From NCBI GenBank assembly GCA_963762255.1, contig CAVXKA010000001.1:32001-96000 (forward strand): a DNA stretch of 64,000 bases, read 5' to 3'. The stretch comes from Candidatus Eiseniibacteriota bacterium. GTDB lineage: Bacteria > Eisenbacteria > RBG-16-71-46 > JABDJR01. The notes beneath the pieces are model-generated. The model made no database searches and was not told the origin of the DNA. It saw only the letters and a list, made by a program, of their open reading frames with translations. A program made the translations under genes and the position numbers. Below, one piece after another: positions 41,429 to 51,695 of this stretch (within the stretch, counting starts at the first letter, position 1; each line of letters opens with the position of its first letter).

Positions 41429-42105
41429 ATGCATCGTAGATTACCAATGCTCTTGTCCACGCTCACTGCGCTGGCGCTCTGCCTCGGTTTCGCGCCCTCC
41501 CCCGCCAGCGCAAGCGGTGAAGAGATCGCCAACTTCTTCATTACACCCGGCGGGGAAATCACCCGGCTCGAGCCGATGTCGACCACTGCGGAGACCGACA
41601 TCTTCCTCAACGAGGATACCGACTTCGCGCTCGGTTTCGTCGCGCAGCAGGGCGAGGAATGGGCCGAGGACATCCACGGGACTGCCTCCGGTCCACTCGT
41701 GGGATTCGGAGTGGGATTCGTCGGTAACGCGCCGGACTCGTTCGACGTCACCGTCACTCTGTACGAGTGGTCCGACGACGCCGTGGCGCCGGGCACCGTC
41801 ATCTTGGGTCCCTGGGTCTTCCGGGTCGCCTCGACCACCATCGGCATCGGAGTCAGCTTCGGGGAGGCCCGGTGGTCGGCCCCGATCTCTGGATGGGTGT
41901 CTCCTTCAGCGACCCGAGTGTTGGCATGTGGCTCCACGACACGCCCCAGATCGGCACGAGCGACGACCTCTACTGGAACATCACGACGGGAGCGCAGGAG
42001 AGCTTCGTGGGCGGCCCCGTTGCGAACTTCGTCACGCGGGTGACTGTGGATCTTCCAACCCCGGTCGAGTCGACGACATGGGGCAAGGTCAAGAGCCAAT
42101 ACTGA
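41429..42105 (+). CDS. Secreted hypothetical protein with C-terminal TWG tag; frameshift at ~41890
   Basis: RBS GAGGAG, signal peptide MHRRLPMLLSTLTALALCLGFAPSPASA; continues in ORF 41767..42105 ending LPTPVESTTWGKVKSQY*. Confidence 0.75.
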
Positions 42106-42148
42106 GGTCCTGGTCGTGTGACCCGGCGAAGTCGAGTCCGGCAAACCG

Positions 42149-42187
42149 AGGGGAGGAACGCGAGGGCGTTCCTCCCCTTTGTCTTGT
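42149..42187 (+). terminator. Intrinsic terminator
   Basis: AGGGGAGGAACGC-gagg-GCGTTCCTCCCCT followed by TTGTCTT. Confidence 0.8.
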
Positions 42188-42208
42188 CTGTGTAGGGCGG
42201 GCGGGCCG

Positions 42209-45034
42209 CTACGAATCCAGCACCTCGCGCACCTTGTGCGTCAGGTCTGCGACCGAATACGGCTTGCCGATGAAGTTCACGCCTTCGTCGAGTACTCCAT
42301 AGTGCACGATGGCGTCATCGGTGTAGCCGGACGTGAAAAGGACCTTCATCCCGGGATGACTGTGGTGGAGTCGTTCCGCCAGTTCCCGCCCGCCCATATC
42401 GGGCATTACCACGTCGGTGAGCAGAAGCTGGACAGATCCCTCGTGGCTCTCCAACAACTTCAACGCCCCGTTGCCGTTCGCCGCATCGAGGACGGTATAG
42501 CCGTGCTCTTCGAGTACATCCCGGACCAAAGCGCGAATGTGCTTCCTCGTCCTCGACGACGAGAATCGTCTCAGTACCTCTTTCAGAAGCTACCGCAGGA
42601 GCCGGCTCGGACTCTCGTACGGTTTCCATAGTTCGTGGGAAGTAGATCTTGATCGTGGTGCCCTTGCCGACCTCGCTGTAGACCCAGATACTGCCGTCGC
42701 ACTGTTTCACGATGCCGTATACCGTGGCCAAGCCGAGTCCCGTTCCCTTTCCCGACACTTTCGTCGTGAAGAACGGCTCGAAGACTCTCCGTTGGGTCGC
42801 GTCGTCCATCCCGTACCCGGTGTCGCTGACCGCGAGCATCACGTGAGGGCCCGGCGTGCACCGTGGTGTGACCTCGCATACAACTCGTCCACCATGACGT
42901 TCTCCGTCCTAATGGTCAGCGTGCCGCCGTCCGGCATGGCGTCACGGCTGTTGCTGGCCAGGTTCAGGAGAATCTGCTCGACTTGCGTGGGATCGATGCG
43001 GACGTTCCCCAGGTCCGTGGCCAGTTGCACGCTGACGTGAACATCCTCGCCAATGAGACGCCGAAGCACCGGCTCAACCCCCACTACGGCGCTGTTGAGG
43101 TTCACGACAACGGGCTGGAGAATCTGGCGCCGGCTGAAGGCCAGAAGCTGTCGGGTCAGGTCGGCTGCCCGCTTGCCGGCACTTCGAATGTTGTTCAACT
43201 GCTCGCGCAGGCGATCTGTCCTCACGCAGCCCCTGTGCCGCCAGTTCGGCCGTACCGTTGATGACCGTAAGCAGGTTGTTGAAATCGTGGGCGATTCCGC
43301 CGGCAAGCCTGCCGACGGTTTCCATCTTCTCTGCTTGCCGCAGGCGATCCTGCAGCTGCACGCGGTCGGTGACGTCATAGTAGGTCCCCAGAAGACCGAC
43401 GATCGCCCCGCCCGCCGCCCGGAGCGGCACCTTGCTTGTCAGCAGGTGAATGCACTCGCCCGAAGGCGTCGTCTGCGTCTCTTCGAAGAGAAGCTTCGCT
43501 TCCCCGCTCTCGATCACAGCACGGTCATCGGCCTGGTAGAGGTCGGCTTGCTCCCGCCAACACATGGCATGGTCGTCCTTACCAATGACGTCCTCCGGTT
43601 TCTCGAACCCGGCGTCCCGGGCAAACGCCACGTTGCAGCCCCGGTACATCAGGTCTCTGTCCTTCCAGAAGACTCGCACCGGTATGGAGTCGAGGATTCC
43701 ATGAAGCAGCTCGCGCGATTCCCGCAGCGCCTCCTCCGACCGCTTCCCCTCGGTGATGTCATGAACGATGGAATGCAGAAACGCCCTTCCCCCGATATCA
43801 ATCCTGCTGTTCCATACCTCCACGTCTCTGACGGAGGCCAGTCGGTGGCGGAACTCGAGGAGGCTGCGTTCCTTGCCCCCGACCGTCTTCAGCGCCGCTT
43901 CGACCCCTTCAGGTGGGGTGATGTCGATATCCTGAATTCGTCTTCCCCGCAGTTCTTCCACCGACCATCCATAGAAATTCGCCGCCGCTTCATTGGCTTC
44001 GACAATCTCGCCGGTGTCCGGATCAGTGATGAACTTGACGGCCATGTGGTTCTGGAAGAGGGAGCGGAACTTCTCCTCGCCCGCGCGCAACGTTTCGTTG
44101 GCCTCGACCAGATGTCTCGTCTTGGCTCACCTGCTTGCGAAGCAGCACGATGGCGCCGAACGCCAACACGAGGAACCCACTGATGCCGCCCATGATCCAG
44201 GCGAGGTACCGTGGCAGGACGACCTTTTGGGGCCTTTCCGATCCAGAGCGCCAATTCGGCGTAGAACACGGAGCCGGCCTCGGACTTCATGATTCGCAAT
44301 TCGTGGTCGATGGCCTCGAGCAGATCCTGGTTCGTCCCGCGCGCGGTCGCGAAATGCAGCGATACCGCGTTGAACACGATCCCCGTCCGAGACAGTCCGT
44401 ACTTCTGATAGTGGTAGTCTCCAAACAACTGGTTTGTGACAACCGCATCGACCATGCCATTCGCGGCAAGGGTGAAGACTTCCTCGTAGGAGTATGCCTC
44501 GACCACAGACACGCGATAGCCGAATCCCCGTATCATCTCTTCCAATACTGTTTGCTGAATCGAATCCTTGAGCAAGCCAAGCCGCAAACCGTTCAGATCG
44601 GACAGCTTGGTCATGGGCTTCTTGCGCACCGCGTATACCTGCGACCAGCTATCGACAACCGTCTCTTCATTGAAGTCGAATCTTCTAGTTCGCTCGACCG
44701 AGAAGGCGACATCCGGCATCAAGTCGATGCGGCCCTCTTCGAGAGCGTCCAGGCACTCGGACCATTCACAAGGTACGTACACCAGGTTCCACTGTTCCCG
44801 GCGGGCAATGTCTTCCAAGATGCCGACAAAAATGCCCGAGGGTCGGCCCGCCTCGCTGGTGAAGACCTTGGGCTCGTTCTCGTAGAACCCGACGCGTACC
44901 GTGCGGTCCCGAGCGCGGTCGTGCACTTGAACTTGGGCACTGCATGGAGAGACAAAGACGATTGGGGGACCTATGAGTACTATTGCGACGGCTGCGATCA
45001 TCGAGCGGAGCGAGAGAGTCCCGTTGGCAATCAT
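42209..45034 (-). CDS. Hybrid sensor histidine kinase (extracytoplasmic SBP_bac_3 sensor, 2 PAS, HisKA, HATPase, receiver); about 5 frameshifts
   Basis: [11 protein letters not shown]...[10 protein letters not shown]; [17 protein letters not shown]; [15 protein letters not shown]; [10 protein letters not shown]; [16 protein letters not shown]; [13 protein letters not shown]...KPYS. Confidence 0.88.
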
Positions 45035-45238
45035 GAATACCTCGCGATCGATCGTCTCTTGGGCAACCAACCCGTAGCTTACACCGACCCGGCCGGTTCT
45101 ACGATCCCAGCAGTCCTATCCACTGTCGGTCCATTGTCACCCCCCGATGGCCGGCCCCTCGGCTATCATGTGGGCGCCTGCCGGGCCCTGATTGACCGAT
45201 AGCGAGTGTCCACTTCGGGAGTTTCCACAGGAGGGGTG

Positions 45239-46085
45239 ATGCGAGACCGGAGAGAGGAAATCGGCCGACTCGCGGACCGCATCCTCCGGAACAACCTGAG
45301 TTTCTCGGAACTTGCGACCCGGGTTTCACAGGGTGACACTGACTTCCTGAGACTGGACGCGGAGCAGAACGCGGTGCGCTGTCTCCGCATCCGGGACATC
45401 GTGCTTCAGCGTCAGATCTCTCTTGCAGGATCACCGGGGCGGCCCCTCGCCGTTCTTGAGACGGGCATCGGCTACGGCTACGTCACGACATGTCTTCGAG
45501 AGAGCCTCGGCGATTCGAGTCGCGATTTACGCCCTGGAACATCCCGGCCGTGAGTACATCGAACGTCCGGCCTTCCAGGAGTATCTGACCGAGGAACGGA
45601 TTCAGCTCCAGGCCCGAGATCTGCTTGCCGACGAAATCCCGTGGGGCGAGCTGGCCTTCGACGTCATCATCCTCTCCGAAGTCTTGGAGCACATCCCGCC
45701 GACCGCCGCTCCCGATCTTATTCGCCGCCTCGCCCGGCGCCTTACCCCCGAGGGAAGGCTGGTGATGACTTCCCCAAACCTGCACTCACTACATCGAAGG
45801 ATCGGCTTCGCGCTGGGGCGGGGTAGGCTCTTCGACCTGGCCACGCCCCTGGAATTCGCTCCCGGCACCTATGGCCACATCATGATCTACGGAAGGCCCG
45901 AGCTATCTGCTCTGCTCGATCATGCCGGACTCAGGCTATCCAGTTTTGGTTACCTCAACTGGGAGCACATCTATCTGCGGGGGAGTGGATTCGAAGCGAA
46001 GGCCCTTCATTGGGCACAGAAGCACCTCCCGATTCTCATGCCTCAACTCTCCACGACCTGGATTGCGGTGGCCGCGGCGCACTGA
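45239..46085 (+). CDS. Class I SAM-dependent methyltransferase; frameshift at ~45520
   Basis: VLETGIGYG motif I; FDVIILSEVLEHI...RRLTPEGRLVMTSPN. Confidence 0.8.
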
Positions 46086-46093
46086 CCGGCTCC

Positions 46094-46992
46094 CTACGGC
46101 AGAAGGCCTTTCAGACTCGCCAGGTCGGTCCCGCGCACGAACTCACGCACGAACTCGGGTTTGTCCTTGGGCCCGGTGAAGGTGAGCGCCATGCCGCGCA
46201 CTTCGGTTGGCACGCCCAGGTCAACTTCTGGAAGCTGGTAGAACGTATAGCCGCTGATCTTCTTGACCTTCTCGAAGGGTCCGATGAAGACGGTGATGCA
46301 GTAGCTGTCATAGCTCTGGCACTCGTCGGTTCTGCTCGAATCCCGGGAAGCCCCCATCGATCGCAATCGGGCAACGCCTTGTCGGTGAGGCTCACATCCT
46401 GATTGATCCGGACCCAGATGGACAGTTCCTTGGCCGGGAGCGCGTCCTTGATGTCCTTGGCCCCAGTAGTGGTGCCTCCGGACGTGAGCCAGGCCTGATA
46501 CCCGGCCACGATCTCCTCGAGCAGCTTGTCAATTTCGGCGCTGAGTGCTTTGCGCTCAGCCTTGATCTTGTCCTTCTCCGCGGGATCCTTAGCGTTCTTG
46601 CGGGCCTGCGAGAGTTCGGCATCCTTGGCATTCAGTTCGGCCATTCTGGCCTGTTGCTCGGGAGTCCCCTTGGTCCGGTCCACGAAGTAGGCCGTTTGCT
46701 CCTCCTCACGCACTTTCTCGTCCCGGGTGTACCTTGCCATGTACGCCATTTGGAACATCTCGTTGGGTTTGATCGCCTCCGGGACCATCCCCGCGTCGAA
46801 GTCGCTCTGGTAATTCAGCGTGAACACATAGTCCTGCGGAGCCTTGGGCAGCGCGTCTTGGATTGTGCTTCGCACGCTGCTGAAGACCGATGCCTCCTTG
46901 TCGGTCATCTTCCTCTGGGGTCCGGGGCCGTCGGCCATAGCGGAACTGGAGGGGATAAGAAGACAGAACAGCGCGGCCAGTAGTCGTTTCAT
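46094..46992 (-). CDS. Secreted hypothetical protein with central charged coiled coil; frameshift at ~46360
   Basis: Signal peptide MKRLLAALFCLLIPSSSAMA; K/E-rich helix; continues in ORF 46094..46366. Confidence 0.65.
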
Positions 46993-47259
46993 CGGGCGCT
47001 TCCTCGTGGTAAGAATGAGGTCCGCGAAACGGTCGGCGATCTGTCGGCCCGCCCGGACCTGCGCGCGAAGATCACAGCATACAGCTTTGGAGAAAAAGCG
47101 GCTGGATTCCACGCCACCACGAGAAACGCGCTCCGTGTGCCGGCTTCGCATGGCCTCGCGGCGCGGAGATCCACGTCAAGGCCTTGCTTCCGACCGCCCC
47201 TTCTCGTACCGTTGAAGCGAAGTGTTCCCGCTGGGGGTCGAAGGGAAGGGTGGTTCGTG

Positions 47260-48981
47260 ATGAGAAGATTCGAGATGCGGGTCGATCCTCTGACCCACGA
47301 GATCTATTACGCCGTTCCGCTCAAAGGCATTTCGTTGCTGCAGGATCCCCTGCTCAACAAAGGACATGCCTTCACCGCGATGGAGCGGACCGAGCTGGAC
47401 CTGCACGGTCTCCTTCCGGATATGGTGGGAGCGCTCCATTGGCAGGTCGAACGCAATTACGGCATCTACCAGATGAAGACCAGCGACATGGAGCGGTACG
47501 TGACTCTGAACGGTCTTCTGGACCGGAACGAGACCGCGTTCTACTCGTTGGTGACGCAACACATCGAAGAGACCCTCCCCATCATCTACACACCCACAGT
47601 CGGGCAGGCGTGTCTCACCCTGTCCCACATCATCCGCCGCTATCGCGGGGTGTACGTCACGGCGGCCAACGTGGACCGGATCGAGGACATGCTCAGGGCG
47701 GTCGGGCTGCCGGAGATCTCCCTCCTCGTCGCGACCGACGGTGAGCGCATCCTCGGCCTCGGCGATCTCGGCGCCGACGGGATGGGCATCCCCATCGGCA
47801 AGATCTCACTCTACGTCGCCGCGGCCGGCATCCATCCCGCCTCGACGTTGCCGGTCTGCCTCGACGTCGGCACCAACAACCAACGCCTTCTGGAGGACCC
47901 GCTCTACATCGGGGTGCGGCAGCCGCGGTTGACCGGCGAAGCGTACTACGACGTCATCGAGCGATTCGTGCAAGGCGTGCGGCGCGTCTTCCCCCGCGCC
48001 CTCCTGCAGTGGGAGGACATCGGGAAGCACCACGCGTTCACGCTGCTGGAGCGCTACCGGAACCGGATTCCGAGCTTCAACGACGACATCCAGGGAACGG
48101 GCGCCACTGCGGCCGCGGCCCTGCGAGGCGCGCTGCAAGCATGCGGACGACCGTTGCGCGACGAGCGCATCGCCATCTACGGATTCGGCCAAGCGGGAAG
48201 CGGCGTCGCCAACGCGATCGTGACCTTCCTCGAGATGGAGGGAGGAGTCACGACCGAGGAGGCCCGTCGGCAGGTCTACGCCGTCGATATCGACGGGTTG
48301 CTGATGGATGGAATGTCGGTCACGCCCTATCAGGAGCGCTTCCGGCAACCTAGAGAGGCCATCGCCGGCTGGCCGGTTCCCAAGGACAGAGCTCCCAACC
48401 TGGCCGAGGTCATCCGCCACGGCAAGATCACGACGCTGATCGGTGTCTCCGGACAGTGCAACGCATTCCAGCGAGAATTGCTGGCCGACCTGGCCAAGAA
48501 TGTCGATCGCCCCATCGTCTTCGCTCTCTCCAACCCGACATCCTGCTCGGAGACGACGCCCCAAGAGGTGGCGGACGCCACCGCCGGGCGGGCGCTCATG
48601 GCGGCGGGCAGCCCGTTCCCGCCGGTCCACCTGCCCAATGGCCGCGTCTTTCGCACATCCCAGTGCAACAACCTCTACGTCTTCCCGGGCATGGGGCTGG
48701 GCGCCATCGTCTGTCAGGCTTCCAGCATCACCCACCGGATGTTCCATGCCGCGACCTGCGCGATCTCCGATCTGGTGACCGACGACGAACGCGCCGCCGG
48801 ATTGCTCCTGCCGCCTCTTGCCGAGATTCGGCGCGTGTCGTATCACGTCGCGCTGGCTGTCGCCAAACAAGCCCGCGAGGAGGGGTTGGGAATAGCCGAG
48901 TCGGACGAGCGGCTGGGGGAATTGATCGCCGCCGCCATGTGGCAGCCGCGGTACTACCCCTATCGATACGCCGGCTGCTGA
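47260..48981 (+). CDS. maeA: NAD-dependent malic enzyme (large, MaeA/SfcA type)
   Basis: LLNKGHAFT, PIIYTPTVG, TDGERILGLGDLG, DVGTNN, FNDDIQGTG, FALSNPT, QCNNLYVFPG. Confidence 0.95.
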   Translation: MRRFEMRVDPLTHEIYYAVPLKGISLLQDPLLNKGHAFTAMERTELDLHGLLPDMVGALHWQVERNYGIYQMKTSDMERYVTLNGLLDRNETAFYSLVTQHIEETLPIIYTPTVGQACLTLSHIIRRYRGVYVTAANVDRIEDMLRAVGLPEISLLVATDGERILGLGDLGADGMGIPIGKISLYVAAAGIHPASTLPVCLDVGTNNQRLLEDPLYIGVRQPRLTGEAYYDVIERFVQGVRRVFPRALLQWEDIGKHHAFTLLERYRNRIPSFNDDIQGTGATAAAALRGALQACGRPLRDERIAIYGFGQAGSGVANAIVTFLEMEGGVTTEEARRQVYAVDIDGLLMDGMSVTPYQERFRQPREAIAGWPVPKDRAPNLAEVIRHGKITTLIGVSGQCNAFQRELLADLAKNVDRPIVFALSNPTSCSETTPQEVADATAGRALMAAGSPFPPVHLPNGRVFRTSQCNNLYVFPGMGLGAIVCQASSITHRMFHAATCAISDLVTDDERAAGLLLPPLAEIRRVSYHVALAVAKQAREEGLGIAESDERLGELIAAAMWQPRYYPYRYAGC

Positions 48982-49026
48982 GACCCGCAAGGCCAAGCCT
49001 CGCCAGGTGCGGCGCCCCTTGCCTAA

Positions 49027-49047
49027 ACATGACTATTTCAGTCATGT
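49027..49047. promoter_or_regulatory. Palindromic operator, IscR/Rrf2-type-like
   Basis: ACATGACT-ATTTC-AGTCATGT perfect 8-bp inverted repeat just after a TTGCCT -35-like hexamer (49019-24). Confidence 0.6.
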
Positions 49048-49233
49048 GCTGTTCGGATGATATGTTCACCTTACTTCCAGGCGACTCCTCCTTCCGTTTG
49101 TTTCAGGACCCGCGCTGGGTTAGGCTTTCCCGAAGGAATCGCCCTCGCCCGGCCGTGCTTGGCCGCATGCGTGGCGGCATATGGGGACGGCCGGCCTGGG
49201 CTCGCCCGCGCGCCGGCGGAAAGGACTTCCGGA

Positions 49234-50088
49234 ATGGCGTCGCGCACGGCGTTTCTCGCGGTTTTGTTGGGGCTTCTGATTCAGACGGCCATTCCTTCGG
49301 CCTGGGCCGGGCGACCCGAAGATGCCGCTCAGGCCCTGGCTCGCGGGAACACGATGCTTGCGCAGAACGACTGGCAGCAGGCTGAGGTTGCGTTCGCCGA
49401 GGCCGCTCGGCTCGACCCCGCCAATGCCGCCTACCGCGGCGAGCTCGACGTTCTCCGCCGCGTGATGAAGCTGCGGACGGACCTTGCCGGGACTGCGGAT
49501 GCCGCGCAGTGGGATCGTACCGCCGCCGCCTTGCGCGCCTATTACTACAGCAAGGGGATCTTCGGCGAGGCCCTCGCCCTCGATCGAGAGGCGCATCAGC
49601 GGACCGGTTCTCCCGCGAGCGCGGCACTCCTGGCGGAGAGCCTGCTCGAGCTGAACCGCGATGTCGAAGCGGCATCGCTCCTCGCGCAACAGCCCGTTGC
49701 CAGGCTCACCCCATCCGCCCGCATGCTCCACGGCATCGCGCTCGCGCGAACGGGCGACATCGCGAAGGCGAAGCTGATCGCCACGGAAGTCTCGCTTCCC
49801 TTCGCCGCCACGCCCAACCTCCTCATGATCCGCGCCCGGCTCCTGGCCGGCACCGGCGACCACGCCGGCGCGGTGAAGCTTCTCAAGCAGGCCTTCGAGA
49901 CGACGACGCCGAGTCTTCTCGGGCAGACCCGCGACAGGGTGAAGACGTGCAGCGACTTCGCCGCGCTGGGGACGAACAGCGCGTTCACCCAGGTCATGGA
50001 CACAGCGTCCAAGATGTCCGAGTCCTCATGCAGCAAGGGTCCGAGCTGCGGCGCCTGCCCTTCGCGCACCGCCTGCGGTTCGAAGTAG
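49234..50088 (+). CDS. Exported TPR-like protein with Cys-rich C-terminal tail
   Basis: RBS AAGGA; signal peptide ending SAWA; helical repeats (AFAEAARLDPANAAY); tail CSKGPSCGACPSRTAC. Confidence 0.75.
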   Translation: MASRTAFLAVLLGLLIQTAIPSAWAGRPEDAAQALARGNTMLAQNDWQQAEVAFAEAARLDPANAAYRGELDVLRRVMKLRTDLAGTADAAQWDRTAAALRAYYYSKGIFGEALALDREAHQRTGSPASAALLAESLLELNRDVEAASLLAQQPVARLTPSARMLHGIALARTGDIAKAKLIATEVSLPFAATPNLLMIRARLLAGTGDHAGAVKLLKQAFETTTPSLLGQTRDRVKTCSDFAALGTNSAFTQVMDTASKMSESSCSKGPSCGACPSRTACGSK

Positions 50089-50103
50089 CCCGCAACGCCG
50101 CAC

Positions 50104-51270
50104 GTGCGCCTGTCGTTGCGTAGCTCCGTCCAGTTGGGATTCCTTGCGCTCACCGTGGCGGCGGTGTTCCTCGTGCGCGGAAACGCCGAGCGGTGGTGCC
50201 CCTTCGGCGGGGTGGAGAGCCTCTACACGTACGTGACCGAAGGGAACATGCCCTGTTCTCTTGGGGTCTCCAACCTGTACATCCTCCTCGGGATACTGGG
50301 CGCGACACTTCTCGCGCGACGCGTCTTCTGCAGCCACGCCTGTCCGATCGGCACCGTTTCCGCGTGGATACGCCGGTTGGGAGCGCGGGTGGGGTTGCCC
50401 GCGCTGAAGGTCTCGCGGGTTGCGGATCGCGTGCTCTCGCTGGGGAAATACGCCGTCCTCGGGGTGATTCTGTGGTTCACGTATCGAACCGCCGAGCTGG
50501 TCTTTCGCGGCTACGATCCCTGTTACGCGCTGATCAGCCGGAACGGCGAGGACATTACGATCTGGGCGTACGTGATCTCGGGCGGCATCGTGGTCGCCTC
50601 GCTGGTGGTGGCGCTTCCCTTCTGCCGCTGGCTCTGCCCCTTCGCCGCGATCTTGCAGCCGTTCTCAGCGGTGGGCTTGTTGCGCATCCGCCGCAGCGAC
50701 GCGGGCTGCGCCGAGTGCGGCCGCTGCTCGGACACATGCCCCATGGGTATCCCCGTCGACACGATGAAGGAAGTGACCTCGGCGAGCTGCACCGCCTGCG
50801 GTGAGTGCATGAAGGTGTGCAAGGTGCGCAAGAACCCTCCGCTTCGCTGGGCGCTTCCGCGAGGCGCCGGCGCGCGCCTGCCGAAGTGGATACCGGTTCC
50901 GATCCTCCTCGCAGGCATCGGGCTCTCGGTGGGTGCGGCGCAATTCTTCCCGGCGCCGTCCTTCACGTATGCGCGCGGAGACGAACCCGCGACGACCGCC
51001 ACCGTCGATCTGGAAATCGCCGGCCTCGATTGCCGGGGGCGCGCGACGCTGCTCGTCTTCTTCCTCGACCGGGACGACGAGTTCGCGCTTCCCGGGTACG
51101 TGAGTCTCGAGGCGTGGCCCGGGCCGAAGCAGGGACGCGCGCGCATCACCTACGATGCGGCGAACCTCACCCCCGACCTCGTGCGCAGAAGCCTGAGCGA
51201 GCCCTACTTCAACCTCGCCGAGAACCTCTGGTATTCGTCCCCGTTCACGGTGCAGGCGGAGAAGCCGTAG
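50104..51270 (+). CDS. Membrane 4Fe-4S binding polyferredoxin (NapH/RdxA/YccM-like) with C-terminal HMA-like domain
   Basis: WCPFGGVE, RRVFCSHACPIG, PFCRWLCPF, CAECGRCSDTCP, CTACGECMKVC; VDLEIAGLDCRGRA...ARITYD. Confidence 0.85.
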   Translation: MRLSLRSSVQLGFLALTVAAVFLVRGNAERWCPFGGVESLYTYVTEGNMPCSLGVSNLYILLGILGATLLARRVFCSHACPIGTVSAWIRRLGARVGLPALKVSRVADRVLSLGKYAVLGVILWFTYRTAELVFRGYDPCYALISRNGEDITIWAYVISGGIVVASLVVALPFCRWLCPFAAILQPFSAVGLLRIRRSDAGCAECGRCSDTCPMGIPVDTMKEVTSASCTACGECMKVCKVRKNPPLRWALPRGAGARLPKWIPVPILLAGIGLSVGAAQFFPAPSFTYARGDEPATTATVDLEIAGLDCRGRATLLVFFLDRDDEFALPGYVSLEAWPGPKQGRARITYDAANLTPDLVRRSLSEPYFNLAENLWYSSPFTVQAEKP

Positions 51271-51694
51271 CGCGGATCTGCACGCGGGAGTTCTTCCCCG
51301 TGGATACACCGCCCCAGATGGCGCCCAACGCCGCCCCGGCGCCCATCAAGTACCAGGCCTTGCGTTCTTCCCATAGCCCGCACCAGCTCCCGAGTGCGCC
51401 GACGGAGAGGCCCGCGAAACCGGCCGCGTCCGCGCCGTAGGCGATTCGCCCGAGTCGGGTCAGCTCGATGGTGGGAGGGCGGGTCGGAAAGCTTGCCGAG
51501 TTCGGGACCTTCAAGAGTCCCGGAGTGCGTAGCGACGGACGAAGGGACTCGTAGAGCAGGCTGACCTGGGGTCGCGGCATCCACTGGCGCCGGGCTTCGA
51601 CCCGCACCGTGTCGGGAACGTCGAAGACCGGGATGTCGGCTTGAGCGGTTGCCAGGATCAGCCCCAGAGCGATCGCCATCCCGCCCGGATTCAT
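51245..51694 (-). CDS. Hypothetical exported/membrane protein
   Basis: Signal-like N-terminus and two Gly-rich hydrophobic segments; directly follows the deaminase gene. Confidence 0.55.
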   Translation of the reverse strand: MNPGGMAIALGLILATAQADIPVFDVPDTVRVEARRQWMPRPQVSLLYESLRPSLRTPGLLKVPNSASFPTRPPTIELTRLGRIAYGADAAGFAGLSVGALGSWCGLWEERKAWYLMGAGAALGAIWGGVSTGKNSRVQIRATASPPAP

Positions 51695-51695
51695 G

